Shown: one piece after another, positions 30,697 to 41,451 of the stretch | Layout of the letters: every line of letters begins with the position of its first letter | Numbering within the stretch: the stretch's first letter is position 1 | DNA from: a bacterium | GTDB lineage: Bacteria > Patescibacteriota > Dojkabacteria > JAKAPS01 > JAJZLI01 | Reading direction: 5' to 3' | Assembly (NCBI GenBank): GCA_021810605.1 | Contig: JAJZIL010000001.1 | Coordinates: 604-64,603, forward strand | DNA length: 64,000 nt | Notes under the pieces: generated by a model | What the model was told of the DNA's origin: nothing | Database searches by the model: none | The model's input: only the letters and a program-made list of their open reading frames with translations | Position numbers and translations under genes: made by a program

Positions 30697-31953
30697 GTGC
30701 AACAAAACTCAAAAAAAGATATAATATTGAGTATGCAAAATATATACACTCTTATAAAAAAATATAAATATCTAGCAATAATTATATTTATATTCATAAT
30801 AATAGAATCTATATGGATAATAACCATACCAACTTTATCAACACCAGATTCCCCATATAAGTTAGATAATATTCAGAATTATGCAAAAGGTATAAAAGCT
30901 CCAATAATTCAAGAGCCATCACCTTTATACTATACAATCACTGGAAATATTGATAAATTATTCATACATACAAGAATCTCTTCACAAGTAAAATTTCTAG
31001 AATTTATATCAGCACTATTTTCTATAATCACTGTAATATTTGCATATAAAATATCTGAGCTATTATTTAATGATAAAAAAATTACAATTATAAATACATT
31101 AACATTAATATTATTCCCTATGTTCTCATATGTAGGAATAATGATTGATTTAGATGCTCTTTTAATATGCCTATATACTGCATTTATATATTATTCGTTG
31201 AAAATTCTAAAAGAAGGTTTAAATAAGAAAAACTTTATAATTATAACGATAATATTATTCCTTGGACTTTTAACAAAACAGAATATGTTTCTAAATATAT
31301 TATTCTATATTGGTATAATATTCTATGAATTATATAGAAAAAGATTGTTAAAATTTTATGTAAAATACATAATAGGTGGAGCATTTATTACATTGTTATT
31401 TTTAATATTTTTCAATACTGGATTTAAGAGTATTGTTATTCCAAGGTTAGAATTATTATTAAATCAAAATAATAGCTACTCCATATTAGATTACACTACT
31501 TATAATTTTCATAGATTTTATAATGGGCTAATTTTCAAATCATTCTGGGGAATTTATGGATATATATTCTATCCTTTACAAAATAGTATATATTTTTTAT
31601 TAGAAATCCTATCTATAGTATCGATTATTGGAATAGTTATAAAAATATATAACTATATAAAAGAAAGAAATATTAATAAATATATAATATATATTATTTT
31701 ACAATTTATTATTACATTCATATTTTTATATTTACTAGATTTCACAAGTGTAAAAGGATATGGAGGTTACTTTGTTCAAGGTAGATATTTTTTTCCTATA
31801 ATATCATTACTAATCATAGGATTTATTTCAGGATTAAAAATGTTTATACCAAAGAGATATTATGACCAATTCTACTTTATACTTATAGCATTAATGCTCT
31901 TGTTTAATGCATATTCTATATTTATGATAAATTACAAATTTTTTGCAATATGA
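30697..31953 (+). CDS. GT-C superfamily membrane glycosyltransferase (ArnT/PMT/DUF2142-like)
   Basis: STPD, PSPLYY, LGLLTK, SFWGIYG, QGRYFFP; multi-TM. Likely start is ATG 30733. Confidence 0.8.
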   Translation: MQQNSKKDIILSMQNIYTLIKKYKYLAIIIFIFIIIESIWIITIPTLSTPDSPYKLDNIQNYAKGIKAPIIQEPSPLYYTITGNIDKLFIHTRISSQVKFLEFISALFSIITVIFAYKISELLFNDKKITIINTLTLILFPMFSYVGIMIDLDALLICLYTAFIYYSLKILKEGLNKKNFIIITIILFLGLLTKQNMFLNILFYIGIIFYELYRKRLLKFYVKYIIGGAFITLLFLIFFNTGFKSIVIPRLELLLNQNNSYSILDYTTYNFHRFYNGLIFKSFWGIYGYIFYPLQNSIYFLLEILSIVSIIGIVIKIYNYIKERNINKYIIYIILQFIITFIFLYLLDFTSVKGYGGYFVQGRYFFPIISLLIIGFISGLKMFIPKRYYDQFYFILIALMLLFNAYSIFMINYKFFAI

Positions 31954-33248
31954 TTAAAGATAGAATAAAAACAATTATAATATTAATATTTACTATAATA
32001 ATAGGAGTTATTATATATTATATGTCTTTAGGATATATCATAAATCTAACTAATCTCACTACCACTAAGGTATTCTCTCAAAATAAAATAACATTAAGTC
32101 CTTTTGGCCCAATTACAAATACTGAAAGAGTAAATCAATATTTTAAAGCAGAACATAATAATCTTTCATCTCTAGGAGTTGATATAGGAACATATAATAA
32201 GAAACTTCTAGGAGTTAGTTGTTTTACCATTCGAAATATTACAAAAAATGTCACTTTTTATAATAAATGTTTATTGAATACAACATTTGTAAATGATAAA
32301 TATTATACATTAAATTTCCCAATACAAAAGGAAATCAAAGGGAATAATATTTTACTTTCAATTACATCTCCAACAAAATCATCTAAAAAAGCGATTGCTC
32401 TATTTACATATAATACGAGTTTAATATCAGGATATAAGTTATATGTAAATCATAAACTACAGAATCAAAATATAGCATTTACTCAAATATATAAAATTAA
32501 TAATAATCTTGTAATCGATGGACTTTCTAATTTAGGTCAAAGAGTTCCATATAATCCTATATTAAAAGGGACTACTTTAAAACAGTATTTTATAACTAAC
32601 CATTCTAATCTTAATTCAATACAAATAGCTATAGGTAATTATGACAGGATAAATAATAGTCTTTTCTGTATTAAATTAAAAAATATTACACAAAATAATA
32701 TTTTCTATAATAAGTGTATAATCTCTACTAATTTCATCAATAATCAAAATTACACTGTTCAGTTCCCTGAACAGAAAAATATAAAAAATAATAAAATATT
32801 AATAAGTATATTTTCACCTAATGCAACAGCTAATAATGCTGTTACTGTCTTTATGTATAATAATTATTTACCTGGATACCAACTATATTTAAATAATACA
32901 AGACTAAACTATAATATAGATTTTACTCAAGAATATAATCTTAATTATGGATTTTTAAAATCTATTAATATTATATATCATAATCTAGATTCACAAAATC
33001 CATATATTATAAAAGGATATTATATTTATATATTTCTTTTTATCTATCCTATTGTCTTTACAATATTAATATTTTTACTCGAATCTTATCTTTTAAAAGA
33101 TAAGAGTATTAAAAATATTATTTTGACAAATATTGTTTTATTACTTATATTTTGGATGATCATATACTACAATAATAATCTTCAAGACTTAATAATTGGG
33201 TGTTACAATTCTCAATGTGTTGGAACAACTATATCTTCAGGATTTTAG
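31950..33248 (+). CDS. Membrane protein with two tandem extracellular beta-sandwich repeats
   Basis: Duplicated QYF..H.NL.S..I.IG.Y....C....NIT.N..FYNKC...F.N...YT..FP.QK.IK.N.IL.SI.SP unit; N- and C-terminal TMs. Confidence 0.8.
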   Translation: MIKDRIKTIIILIFTIIIGVIIYYMSLGYIINLTNLTTTKVFSQNKITLSPFGPITNTERVNQYFKAEHNNLSSLGVDIGTYNKKLLGVSCFTIRNITKNVTFYNKCLLNTTFVNDKYYTLNFPIQKEIKGNNILLSITSPTKSSKKAIALFTYNTSLISGYKLYVNHKLQNQNIAFTQIYKINNNLVIDGLSNLGQRVPYNPILKGTTLKQYFITNHSNLNSIQIAIGNYDRINNSLFCIKLKNITQNNIFYNKCIISTNFINNQNYTVQFPEQKNIKNNKILISIFSPNATANNAVTVFMYNNYLPGYQLYLNNTRLNYNIDFTQEYNLNYGFLKSINIIYHNLDSQNPYIIKGYYIYIFLFIYPIVFTILIFLLESYLLKDKSIKNIILTNIVLLLIFWMIIYYNNNLQDLIIGCYNSQCVGTTISSGF

Positions 33249-33378
33249 ATAATATATTAAGGCTTAGAAAAGAAAAAATTCAGTTATATTTTATATAGAA
33301 TCTCATTAGTATTTTTATATTTTATTAGAAATTAGATTGATAATTTTATCTAAAAATCATAAATAAATATATATACTT

Positions 33379-35523
33379 TTAACCATGAAAGGTTTTCTTT
33401 ATCTCTAAAAGTATTTCTGATAATTTTTTTGATCTCTCTTCTATAGTATATCTATTGATTACATCTATATAAGCATTTTCCCCCATTTTTTTCCTCAATC
33501 TTGCATCTAAAATTAATTTTTCTAAAGCATTACTCCAATCTTCTGTATTTTTTGCTAAAAATCCTGTTTTCCCTTGTTTTATTGCATATCTAAAAGATGG
33601 TAATTCTGAAGCTATTGTTGGAACCCTGACTAAAGCTGATTCGAAATATTTTAATTCTGATTTTGCTTCACAAAAAATATTATTTTCTAGAGGGGATAAA
33701 TTAATATCAAATCTTGCCAACCAGAAAGGAAGTTCTTTCCAACTTAAAAATGGAACTTTTATTATTCTTTTATTATATTTTTCTAATTCACTACTTATAT
33801 CTAATTCTCCAATTATTACTAAATGAACATTTTTATATTTTTTAAAAATATAAAAAAGACTTTCATTAATTACAGAGAAATCCTCATTATGAGTTTTACT
33901 ACCACTTGCATAACCTATTATTATATATTCATTTGATCTTTTATAGGAAGATATTTCTTTAAAAGCTTTCTCTGAATAAAATATAATTTCTTCTCCTATT
34001 GCGTTTCTATTAATAAATACTTTCTTTTGAGGAAAATTTTTAAGTATTTGGTCTTTTAAAGAATCTGTTGAAGTTAATATATAATCAGATTGATTCATAA
34101 CATATCTATATCTATTATATAACTCTATATCATAAAAACGGGTTAAATTATCTAAAACAGAAAGCCCTTTCCTATGAGATATATATTTTGTATTAAAAAT
34201 TAAATCATCTATATCATAAATTATAGGAATCTTACCTTTAACCTTATCTAAAAGTAAATTAATTTTTTCATTTATTGGAACCCTTTGAAGTACAATAAAA
34301 TCATATTTATAAATATCATCTTCTAATTTTTCAGAAAGTATTTCATTTTCAAAAAAAATTATTTGACAATTATACTCTAATTTTTCAAACTGTTCTTTGA
34401 GAAAAAGTGCTCTATACCTATATGTATCTCCATATCCTCCATTTATTATTAAACATGAACCTATATATTTTTTTTCTGAAGGTTTATCTAAAATGTTAAA
34501 TATATTCTTAACTGCATTATATTTTAAATATAGTTTCCAAGTTAAGGAAGATTGTATATTTTTTAAATGATTAGTTTGAATATTTAAAGATTTATTTAGA
34601 TCAGTAATATAATCTTCTTTATCTTTAAGTACTAATTTTAAGTTTCTATTTTCATTAATACTACCTATCAAAGAAAGATTTAGAGTACTTACTTTTTTAT
34701 TAATTTCATTAATGATATCTATTTCTTCATTCTTCAAATTTTCTACAGAAAGAATATTTAAAATTAGATTATAGAGAATTTTATTGAAATCTTTATCTTT
34801 ATTGTTTAAAAATTTTTTTAGATTAAAATTATCTCCATACATCATACTTAATCTATCTTTAAAAGGTTTAAATTTTAAAGCTTTATTCAATATAATATCA
34901 ATATTCGAAAAATTTAAAGCATGAGGAATAATATTAGATAAATTTAGGAAAGGATCTATATAATAATTATATTCATTAAAAATTGAAATCCAATATTCTG
35001 GATTTTGTACATTTACATGAGTCTTTTCTGTATAATCATCAGGAGTTGATGAGAAGAATATATTGCCAGCTAATTTAGTAAGATTCAGAACAGCTTTTTT
35101 TGAAAATTCTTGAGGAATATGCTCTAAAACCTCTATACAGCTAACACAATCATATTTCCCTAATTTTTCAATTTGAATATCTTCGAGAATAGATATATTC
35201 TTACAATATTGTTTTATATCAGATCTAATTGTAGAAAGTGCATATTTTGAAACCTCTATTCCATAAGCTTCAATACCTTTATCTCGTAGCATTTCTACCA
35301 AAAAACCTTTCGCACAACCTACATCTATAGTTTTTTGTGGATTAAAATTATTAATTATTTCATCAGAAAGGGTATCAAAATATGAAAACCAATTTTTATT
35401 CTGTAATGAATATTTTTTATCATATCCATTTTTTTTATCAACACTACATCCTCCTCCATCATAATACTCTTTATCATATTCCTGAGTATATTCATCTAAA
35501 TTTTTATAGGTATCTTTTGACAT
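33379..35523 (-). CDS. SAM methyltransferase - coiled coil - GT4 fusion
   Basis: IDVGCAKG, CIEVLEH, HVNVQ..EYW; coiled coil ending IQSSLTWK; YDIDDL, GYASGS, KSELKYFE. Confidence 0.88.
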   Translation of the reverse strand: MSKDTYKNLDEYTQEYDKEYYDGGGCSVDKKNGYDKKYSLQNKNWFSYFDTLSDEIINNFNPQKTIDVGCAKGFLVEMLRDKGIEAYGIEVSKYALSTIRSDIKQYCKNISILEDIQIEKLGKYDCVSCIEVLEHIPQEFSKKAVLNLTKLAGNIFFSSTPDDYTEKTHVNVQNPEYWISIFNEYNYYIDPFLNLSNIIPHALNFSNIDIILNKALKFKPFKDRLSMMYGDNFNLKKFLNNKDKDFNKILYNLILNILSVENLKNEEIDIINEINKKVSTLNLSLIGSINENRNLKLVLKDKEDYITDLNKSLNIQTNHLKNIQSSLTWKLYLKYNAVKNIFNILDKPSEKKYIGSCLIINGGYGDTYRYRALFLKEQFEKLEYNCQIIFFENEILSEKLEDDIYKYDFIVLQRVPINEKINLLLDKVKGKIPIIYDIDDLIFNTKYISHRKGLSVLDNLTRFYDIELYNRYRYVMNQSDYILTSTDSLKDQILKNFPQKKVFINRNAIGEEIIFYSEKAFKEISSYKRSNEYIIIGYASGSKTHNEDFSVINESLFYIFKKYKNVHLVIIGELDISSELEKYNKRIIKVPFLSWKELPFWLARFDINLSPLENNIFCEAKSELKYFESALVRVPTIASELPSFRYAIKQGKTGFLAKNTEDWSNALEKLILDARLRKKMGENAYIDVINRYTIEERSKKLSEILLEIKKTFHG

Positions 35524-35666
35524 ATATTTTGAGATAATTACCTTATTAATATATAGTTACGATTAAAACTAAATCTTATAAAATTAAATCAACATCATTA
35601 TAAGCTATTTTTTAAATTTCATCAAAAAATATTATATATTATTTGATAAGAATAATATATAATACA

Positions 35667-35960
35667 ATGAAAATCTAAAACAAAATTTTTGTGGAGTAAT
35701 TTTTAAAAAATTAATTTATCAATAAATATAAATATTTAATAGCAATATTGTGTGTATTTTTTATTATTAAACTCCTCTGGATTATAATAAGTCCTATATA
35801 CCCACCTTTATCTACACCAGATGAAATAACCAGATTTACTAGGATTCAAAATTATGTAAAAGGAGAACATCTCCTTTATACTATTTTGTTATATCAAATA
35901 TAGATAAATTATTTATACATACTAGGGTATATTCCCAATTTAAAATATTAGAATACTCTG
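35667..35960 (+). pseudogene. Degraded 5' fragment paralogous to the GT-C gene at 30697
   Basis: Translates to INKYKYL...WIIISPIYPPLSTPDE...IQNYVKG, then after a frameshift SPLYY...NIDKLFIHTRVYSQFKILE; three in-frame stops follow ATG 35667. Confidence 0.85.
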
Positions 35961-36022
35961 GAAAAATGAGTCAGAAAGTTAATACCAGAACTTCATATAT
36001 AACTACAGTTATAAAATAGTAT

Positions 36023-37816
36023 TTATATTTTTCTAAAAGAATAGTCTTCTTTAGATAAAGTAAAGTTAGGATTATAAAAAGGATCTCCTTTTTTTATAAG
36101 ATATTTCCATTTTTTTATAAAGATACCTGTATCAATAGTATTTTCACCTACTGTTTTACCCCTAGTTTTACTTTCATAGTGGTAAATTTTCATATATGGA
36201 GTATATATATTTTTCAAACCTATTTTTTGTAATCTTAAACATAGATCAACATCGTTGTATGCTATTTTTAAGTTTGCATCGAAACCTTTAATTTTCAAGA
36301 ATTTAGATTTCTCTATCATTAAGCAAGCAGCAGTTACTGCTGAAACATCCCTTGTGAGGGTTAAAAGACCTCCATGACCATTAGACATTGAATCAAAACC
36401 TCGATGTGAATGTGCTGCTACTCCACCTAAACCAACTATTATTCCTGCATGCTGAATAGTATCATCTTTATATAAAAGTAAACCTCCAACTGCACCAATA
36501 TCTTTTCTTTGGGCAATTGAGAGCATTTCTTCTATCCATTGTGGTGTTATAATTTTTGTATCATTATTGAGAAATACAATAAAATCACTTTGAATTTTTT
36601 TAACAGCAAAATTATTGATTAAGGAATAATTAAAAGGTTTATTATAATTTAGTATTTCAATAGATTTATCATTTTTTAATGTTTCTAGATATTTTAGAGT
36701 ATCTTCTTTAGAACTTTGGTTATTTACTAATATAATTTTATAGTTTTTATATGTACTTTTCTCTTTTATAGAATTAATACAATCTTTAAGATAATTTAAT
36801 TGATCCTTAAATGGAATTATTATAGCAACAGAAGGATTTCCATCAATTTTTCTTTCTATTTTATAGGAACCTCTCCAGTAACCTTCTTCTATTCTAGCTT
36901 TTATTTCTTGTCTTTCTAAATGAGCTTGTAATAATTCTTTTTGTCTTTTATATGCATATGATTTTGCACCAGAGGATTCATTTGCAGTTGATTGATCAGT
37001 TTTTCTCCAATGGTACAGAACTTTTGGGATATGATAAAAAGAACCTTTTTTCTCATATAGATGTAGAGCGAAATCCCAATCCTGTGCCCCATCATACTTA
37101 GGATTTAATCCTTTTAATTTTAAAAATGTAGATTTTTTGACAACTCTTATATGAGTAATATACATGCAAGATAGAAGCATATCATATGAAAAATCTGGCT
37201 TAAAAAATGGGTCTTCTCTTTGACCTTTTTTTGATAATTTATCTTCATCTGAATATATATAGTCTATCTGTTTATTTTTATTTAAAACTTTTACAACCTC
37301 ATATAAAGCATTAGGGGAAAGTGTGTCATCATGATCTAGAAAAACTAAATATTCTCCTGATGATTTATCTACAGCTTTATTAGAAGTGATAGAAATTCCA
37401 CTATTTTTAGTATTAAAGAATACTTTTATATTTTTATTTTTTAAGTTATCAAGAGTTTTTATAAAAATAATAGTATCTTTATTGTTTGATTTATCATCAT
37501 AAATTATAATCTCCCAATTTGTATAAAATTGTTGTTTCACACTTTCTATTGCTTCTTTTAAAAATTTTGTAGGAGTATTATATGTGGGGATTATTATAGA
37601 GATTAAGGGATTAAATTTTAAATTATCAATTTCCTTTTTTATTGATGAAACTTTAAAGACTTGATCTTTCTTTATAAATTCTTCATATGAAATACTCTCT
37701 TTACTATTGAATAATCTATCCTTTATATATACTTTTGATTTTTTTAAAAAAGATTTTATTCCAAAATGCTTTATATACCTTATACTTTTATTTATGAGTG
37801 TAAAAATTCTTTGCAT
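36023..37816 (-). CDS. Double-domain GT2 glycosyltransferase (RfbC-like)
   Basis: ISIIIPTYNT, FLDHDD, YSDEDK, GAQDWD; second domain IIIPFKD, FNYS..NN, FLNNDT, AVTAACL, YNDVDLCL. Confidence 0.93.
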   Translation of the reverse strand: MQRIFTLINKSIRYIKHFGIKSFLKKSKVYIKDRLFNSKESISYEEFIKKDQVFKVSSIKKEIDNLKFNPLISIIIPTYNTPTKFLKEAIESVKQQFYTNWEIIIYDDKSNNKDTIIFIKTLDNLKNKNIKVFFNTKNSGISITSNKAVDKSSGEYLVFLDHDDTLSPNALYEVVKVLNKNKQIDYIYSDEDKLSKKGQREDPFFKPDFSYDMLLSCMYITHIRVVKKSTFLKLKGLNPKYDGAQDWDFALHLYEKKGSFYHIPKVLYHWRKTDQSTANESSGAKSYAYKRQKELLQAHLERQEIKARIEEGYWRGSYKIERKIDGNPSVAIIIPFKDQLNYLKDCINSIKEKSTYKNYKIILVNNQSSKEDTLKYLETLKNDKSIEILNYNKPFNYSLINNFAVKKIQSDFIVFLNNDTKIITPQWIEEMLSIAQRKDIGAVGGLLLYKDDTIQHAGIIVGLGGVAAHSHRGFDSMSNGHGGLLTLTRDVSAVTAACLMIEKSKFLKIKGFDANLKIAYNDVDLCLRLQKIGLKNIYTPYMKIYHYESKTRGKTVGENTIDTGIFIKKWKYLIKKGDPFYNPNFTLSKEDYSFRKI

Positions 37817-37924
37817 AGATAAAGCATTATATTACATATAAAGGTTAATTATCAATAAAATTAAATCATTCGAAAAAAAATATATTAAAAAAAAGGCGTC
37901 AGACCTATAGAAAATTACATACTA

Positions 37925-37953
37925 TTGACTAAAAATAATAAAAATTATATATT
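37925..37953 (+). promoter_or_regulatory. Sigma70-type promoter
   Basis: TTGACT-17 nt-TATATT, 8 nt before ATG 37962. Confidence 0.5.
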
Positions 37954-37961
37954 AAGATCTA

Positions 37962-39281
37962 ATGAAAATAATAAGACTTTTTACTTTTATATCTGTTATT
38001 GCAATTATATTTGCGTTAACACCTGGAAGAACTTTTGCTGCATCAGCTCAATTATCTCCATATTCTTGGGATCCTGGATTATATGCTACAACATCCACTT
38101 ATGGAAGTACTGTACATGCATGGGGAATGAGGAAGAACCCAGGTGCTTGGGGTACAGGCCCTGTAAATTATCAATCAGGAGCTACAACTACATACAGAGG
38201 ATCATCTTCTGGAACATTAAGTGTTGATTTAAACGGAACTTATTGTCCTAATGGAAATTGTGCTTACGGTTCAGGAACTGGATATAAAGGTTTAGTTCAA
38301 TTTTGGAACGATCCAAAAAATTATATAGCTTTTGGATTGATTCATGACCCTGGTGTATCACCTAATGGTATAACTATTATGGTAGAGGGTGCTGCAAATG
38401 GAGTTCCTGTTGGTGGTTATTGGCCAGGGGGTGCAATTACTGGAACATCACATCATTTCCAAATTACTTGGACATCAACAGGAATATCTGTAACTATAGA
38501 TAATCAAGTAACTTTAGGGGTTTACCCTGTAGCAGAAAATAATCCATCTATTTCATTTTTAGCTGCAGCAAGGGAGCCTGGAGATATATGTGATACAACT
38601 TTTACAGGAATATCATTTACACCAGGATCAATAGTATCAAACCCAGTAGTTATACCTCAAGGAAACCCCTACTTCACTTATAGTGACACAATCACAGAAT
38701 CTGGATCTGGAACTGGATATTCTGCATATATAAATGCTCATGATGCATATAATAATGCTATATCTGTAGGTATACAGACAGACTCTACTTCTGCATCTTC
38801 TCATGGACAACCATATTATACATGGGAAAGAGTACAAAATGGACAATTCACATATGAATATTTATCACCTGCATCGAATAATCCTACAAATGTAGAATTA
38901 GCTTGGTGGGCAGGAAGTAATACAGCGGTATTCTATGTAAATGGAACTCCTATTGCAGATATTACAGTAAATTTATCTCCAAGATTATTCTTTAATGTTG
39001 AAGGTAATGCTAGACAAAATGGAGATAGTGTCAATGATACATTTGGTCCTGTACAAATAAATGTGGGAGACTGTCCTTCTACATGTCAACTAAATGGATC
39101 ATGGAACACATCTTCATTTAATTATTATGGATTGAGTGCAATAAATACAAATGGAGATACTCAAAATGGAGCAACATTTACAATACAAGGAACTGTTTCT
39201 GGACTAGCTTCTGGAGAAAATTGGAATTCAAATGAAGTAGCTGGTATTGGAATGATTGCCCAATATTGGTATGGACAATAA
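37962..39281 (+). CDS. Secreted beta-rich protein, possibly tandem lectin/ConA-like domains
   Basis: Signal peptide ending TFA-A; G/T/N/W-rich; two similar segments GSGTGY.....N.I..G...D. Confidence 0.8.
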   Translation: MKIIRLFTFISVIAIIFALTPGRTFAASAQLSPYSWDPGLYATTSTYGSTVHAWGMRKNPGAWGTGPVNYQSGATTTYRGSSSGTLSVDLNGTYCPNGNCAYGSGTGYKGLVQFWNDPKNYIAFGLIHDPGVSPNGITIMVEGAANGVPVGGYWPGGAITGTSHHFQITWTSTGISVTIDNQVTLGVYPVAENNPSISFLAAAREPGDICDTTFTGISFTPGSIVSNPVVIPQGNPYFTYSDTITESGSGTGYSAYINAHDAYNNAISVGIQTDSTSASSHGQPYYTWERVQNGQFTYEYLSPASNNPTNVELAWWAGSNTAVFYVNGTPIADITVNLSPRLFFNVEGNARQNGDSVNDTFGPVQINVGDCPSTCQLNGSWNTSSFNYYGLSAINTNGDTQNGATFTIQGTVSGLASGENWNSNEVAGIGMIAQYWYGQ

Positions 39282-39348
39282 TTCTCCAATAAAATAAGAT
39301 ATCTTTACTCTAATTGATTCTCTATGTAAAAATATGCTAGATTAAGTT

Positions 39349-41448
39349 ATGTATAGAAAACTTTTATCCTTTGCATCATTATTATTTATTCTTTTTTTTA
39401 TTACAGGAAAGGTATTTGCAAGTACTACACCTCCCCTATCTGCTTATGAAGGAAATAGTTATCTAAATTCTTTATATAGTAATAAAAAATTTTCATTTAT
39501 AAAAGCTACTGTAAAACCTAATCCATATAAATCTTTTGCAAGTTATGGTCCTCAAGGACTTCAGAAAGAAGTTATGGGTTTTGCTCCATATTGGGATCTA
39601 ACAGATAATGCCTATCTCAATTATCCATATAGCAATCTTACTACAATTGATTACTTTGGAATAACATCTGATGGTAATGGTAATTTTGGAACTAATGCAG
39701 GAGGAGGAGATGGTTATGCAGGATTACAGTCATCACAATTTGTAAATATGGTAAATATTGCTCACAATAACAATATTAGAGTAATCATTACTGCAAAAAT
39801 TTTTAACCTTACTGATATTGAAAGTGTAGTTAACTCTACTACTAACTCTCAGAATTTTATTAATAATATAATATCTATTGCAAAACAATACAGTTTACAA
39901 GGAGTAAATATAGATTTTGAATATCAACCATCTCAGGGAACACCTGATACAACAACAATAAATAACTTTACTACCTTTGTAGGAAATCTCACAACACAGA
40001 CACATAATGCTATTCCAGGATCATTTGTAACAGTTGATGTATTTGCATCTTCGGTTCGATGGCCAGGATCTTTATTTAATGTTCCTGCTCTTGCTAATGT
40101 AACAGATGCTCTTAATGTTATGGCTTATGATTACTACACACCTTCCTCTTCTGTAGCAGAGCCTGTAAATCCATTTACAGGATATAATGATGGAGCAGGA
40201 CCTTTATGGTATGACGTTAGACGTACAATATTAGATTATGCAGCAGCAATTAATCCAAATAAGATAATTCTTGGTATTCCATATTATGGAAATGATTATC
40301 AAACAACAAATGATTCTCAGAATGCCCCTACAGTCTCAGGGACTGGAATAAATGAGCCTTATGGTCAGACAAATGACCAATATAAGAATCAGAATACTAA
40401 ACATTGGGATTCTCAAAGTTCTACCCCGTGGTATGCATATTGTTATACTTCAAATAATACTCCTCCTAATTGTGCTTCAGGAGACCAGTTAAGAGAGGGA
40501 TATTATTCTAATTCTACTTCACTAGGATTAGTTTACTCACAAGTACTACAGTCTAATCTTAGAGGTGTAAGTATTTGGACCTTAGGTTATGAACAACCAT
40601 CGAGTAGTCTTACTGATGTAATAAATAATTATTTTACTGATAACTCTATTTTTTCAAAAATCAATAGTGCCTATTACATACTCTCTTCAAATGGACAAGT
40701 TCTTCCATTTGGAAATGCTAATTATTATGGTGATATGTCATATATAAGTGGAGCACCTAACAGTAATGCTGTAGCAATGGCTACTCTTCCATCTGATACA
40801 GGATATTATATATTAACTCAAGATAGTGGAATATATACATTTGGTTCAGCTAATTTTTATGGTAGTGTATATAATATTCCAAATGCCCCAGTGAAAACTC
40901 CAGTTACTATAGCTACAACACCTAGTGGAAATGGTTATTATGTGTTAACTGCGGATGGAGGGGTATATACGTTTGGAGATGCTCAATTCTTTGGATCATT
41001 ATACAACATACCTTCCTCTGCTGTTCCTGATAGAACCCCTATAGCTTTTGCAGTAACTCCAGATGGAGGAGGTTATTATATAATGACTTCAAATGGTGCT
41101 ATATATACATTTGGGGATGCTCAATTCCATGGATCAGTTTTTAATATTCCTGCAGCACCGAATAAAAATGCTGTTAACTTTGCACTCACTCCTAGTGGAA
41201 ATGGATATTATATTACAACTCAAGATGGAGGGGTATATACATTTGGGGATGCTCAATTCTTCGGTTCTATGTATAATATAAATGGTGCTCCTAATAGAGT
41301 TCCTGTATCATTTTCTGTTACATCTAATAATCTTGGATACTATATAGTAACTGCTGACGGAGGTGTATATACTTTTGGAAATGCAACCTATGATGGAACA
41401 GCAATAGGTATATTTGCAAAAACAATCGGTCTTAATCTTTCTCCTTAA
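39349..41448 (+). CDS. Secreted GH18 glycoside hydrolase with six C-terminal beta-propeller-like repeats
   Basis: VMGFAPYW, QGVNIDFE, VMAYDY, KIILGIPYYG, GVSIWTLG; repeats GYYxxTxDGGVYTFGDA. Confidence 0.9.
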   Translation: MYRKLLSFASLLFILFFITGKVFASTTPPLSAYEGNSYLNSLYSNKKFSFIKATVKPNPYKSFASYGPQGLQKEVMGFAPYWDLTDNAYLNYPYSNLTTIDYFGITSDGNGNFGTNAGGGDGYAGLQSSQFVNMVNIAHNNNIRVIITAKIFNLTDIESVVNSTTNSQNFINNIISIAKQYSLQGVNIDFEYQPSQGTPDTTTINNFTTFVGNLTTQTHNAIPGSFVTVDVFASSVRWPGSLFNVPALANVTDALNVMAYDYYTPSSSVAEPVNPFTGYNDGAGPLWYDVRRTILDYAAAINPNKIILGIPYYGNDYQTTNDSQNAPTVSGTGINEPYGQTNDQYKNQNTKHWDSQSSTPWYAYCYTSNNTPPNCASGDQLREGYYSNSTSLGLVYSQVLQSNLRGVSIWTLGYEQPSSSLTDVINNYFTDNSIFSKINSAYYILSSNGQVLPFGNANYYGDMSYISGAPNSNAVAMATLPSDTGYYILTQDSGIYTFGSANFYGSVYNIPNAPVKTPVTIATTPSGNGYYVLTADGGVYTFGDAQFFGSLYNIPSSAVPDRTPIAFAVTPDGGGYYIMTSNGAIYTFGDAQFHGSVFNIPAAPNKNAVNFALTPSGNGYYITTQDGGVYTFGDAQFFGSMYNINGAPNRVPVSFSVTSNNLGYYIVTADGGVYTFGNATYDGTAIGIFAKTIGLNLSP
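40669..41448 (+). repeat. Six about 43-aa coding repeats (GYY-x-T-x-DGGVYTFGDAQFFGS)
   Basis: Six units counted in the translation; recurring DNA TATACATTTGG-GATGCTCAATTC. Confidence 0.9.
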
Positions 41449-41451
41449 ATT

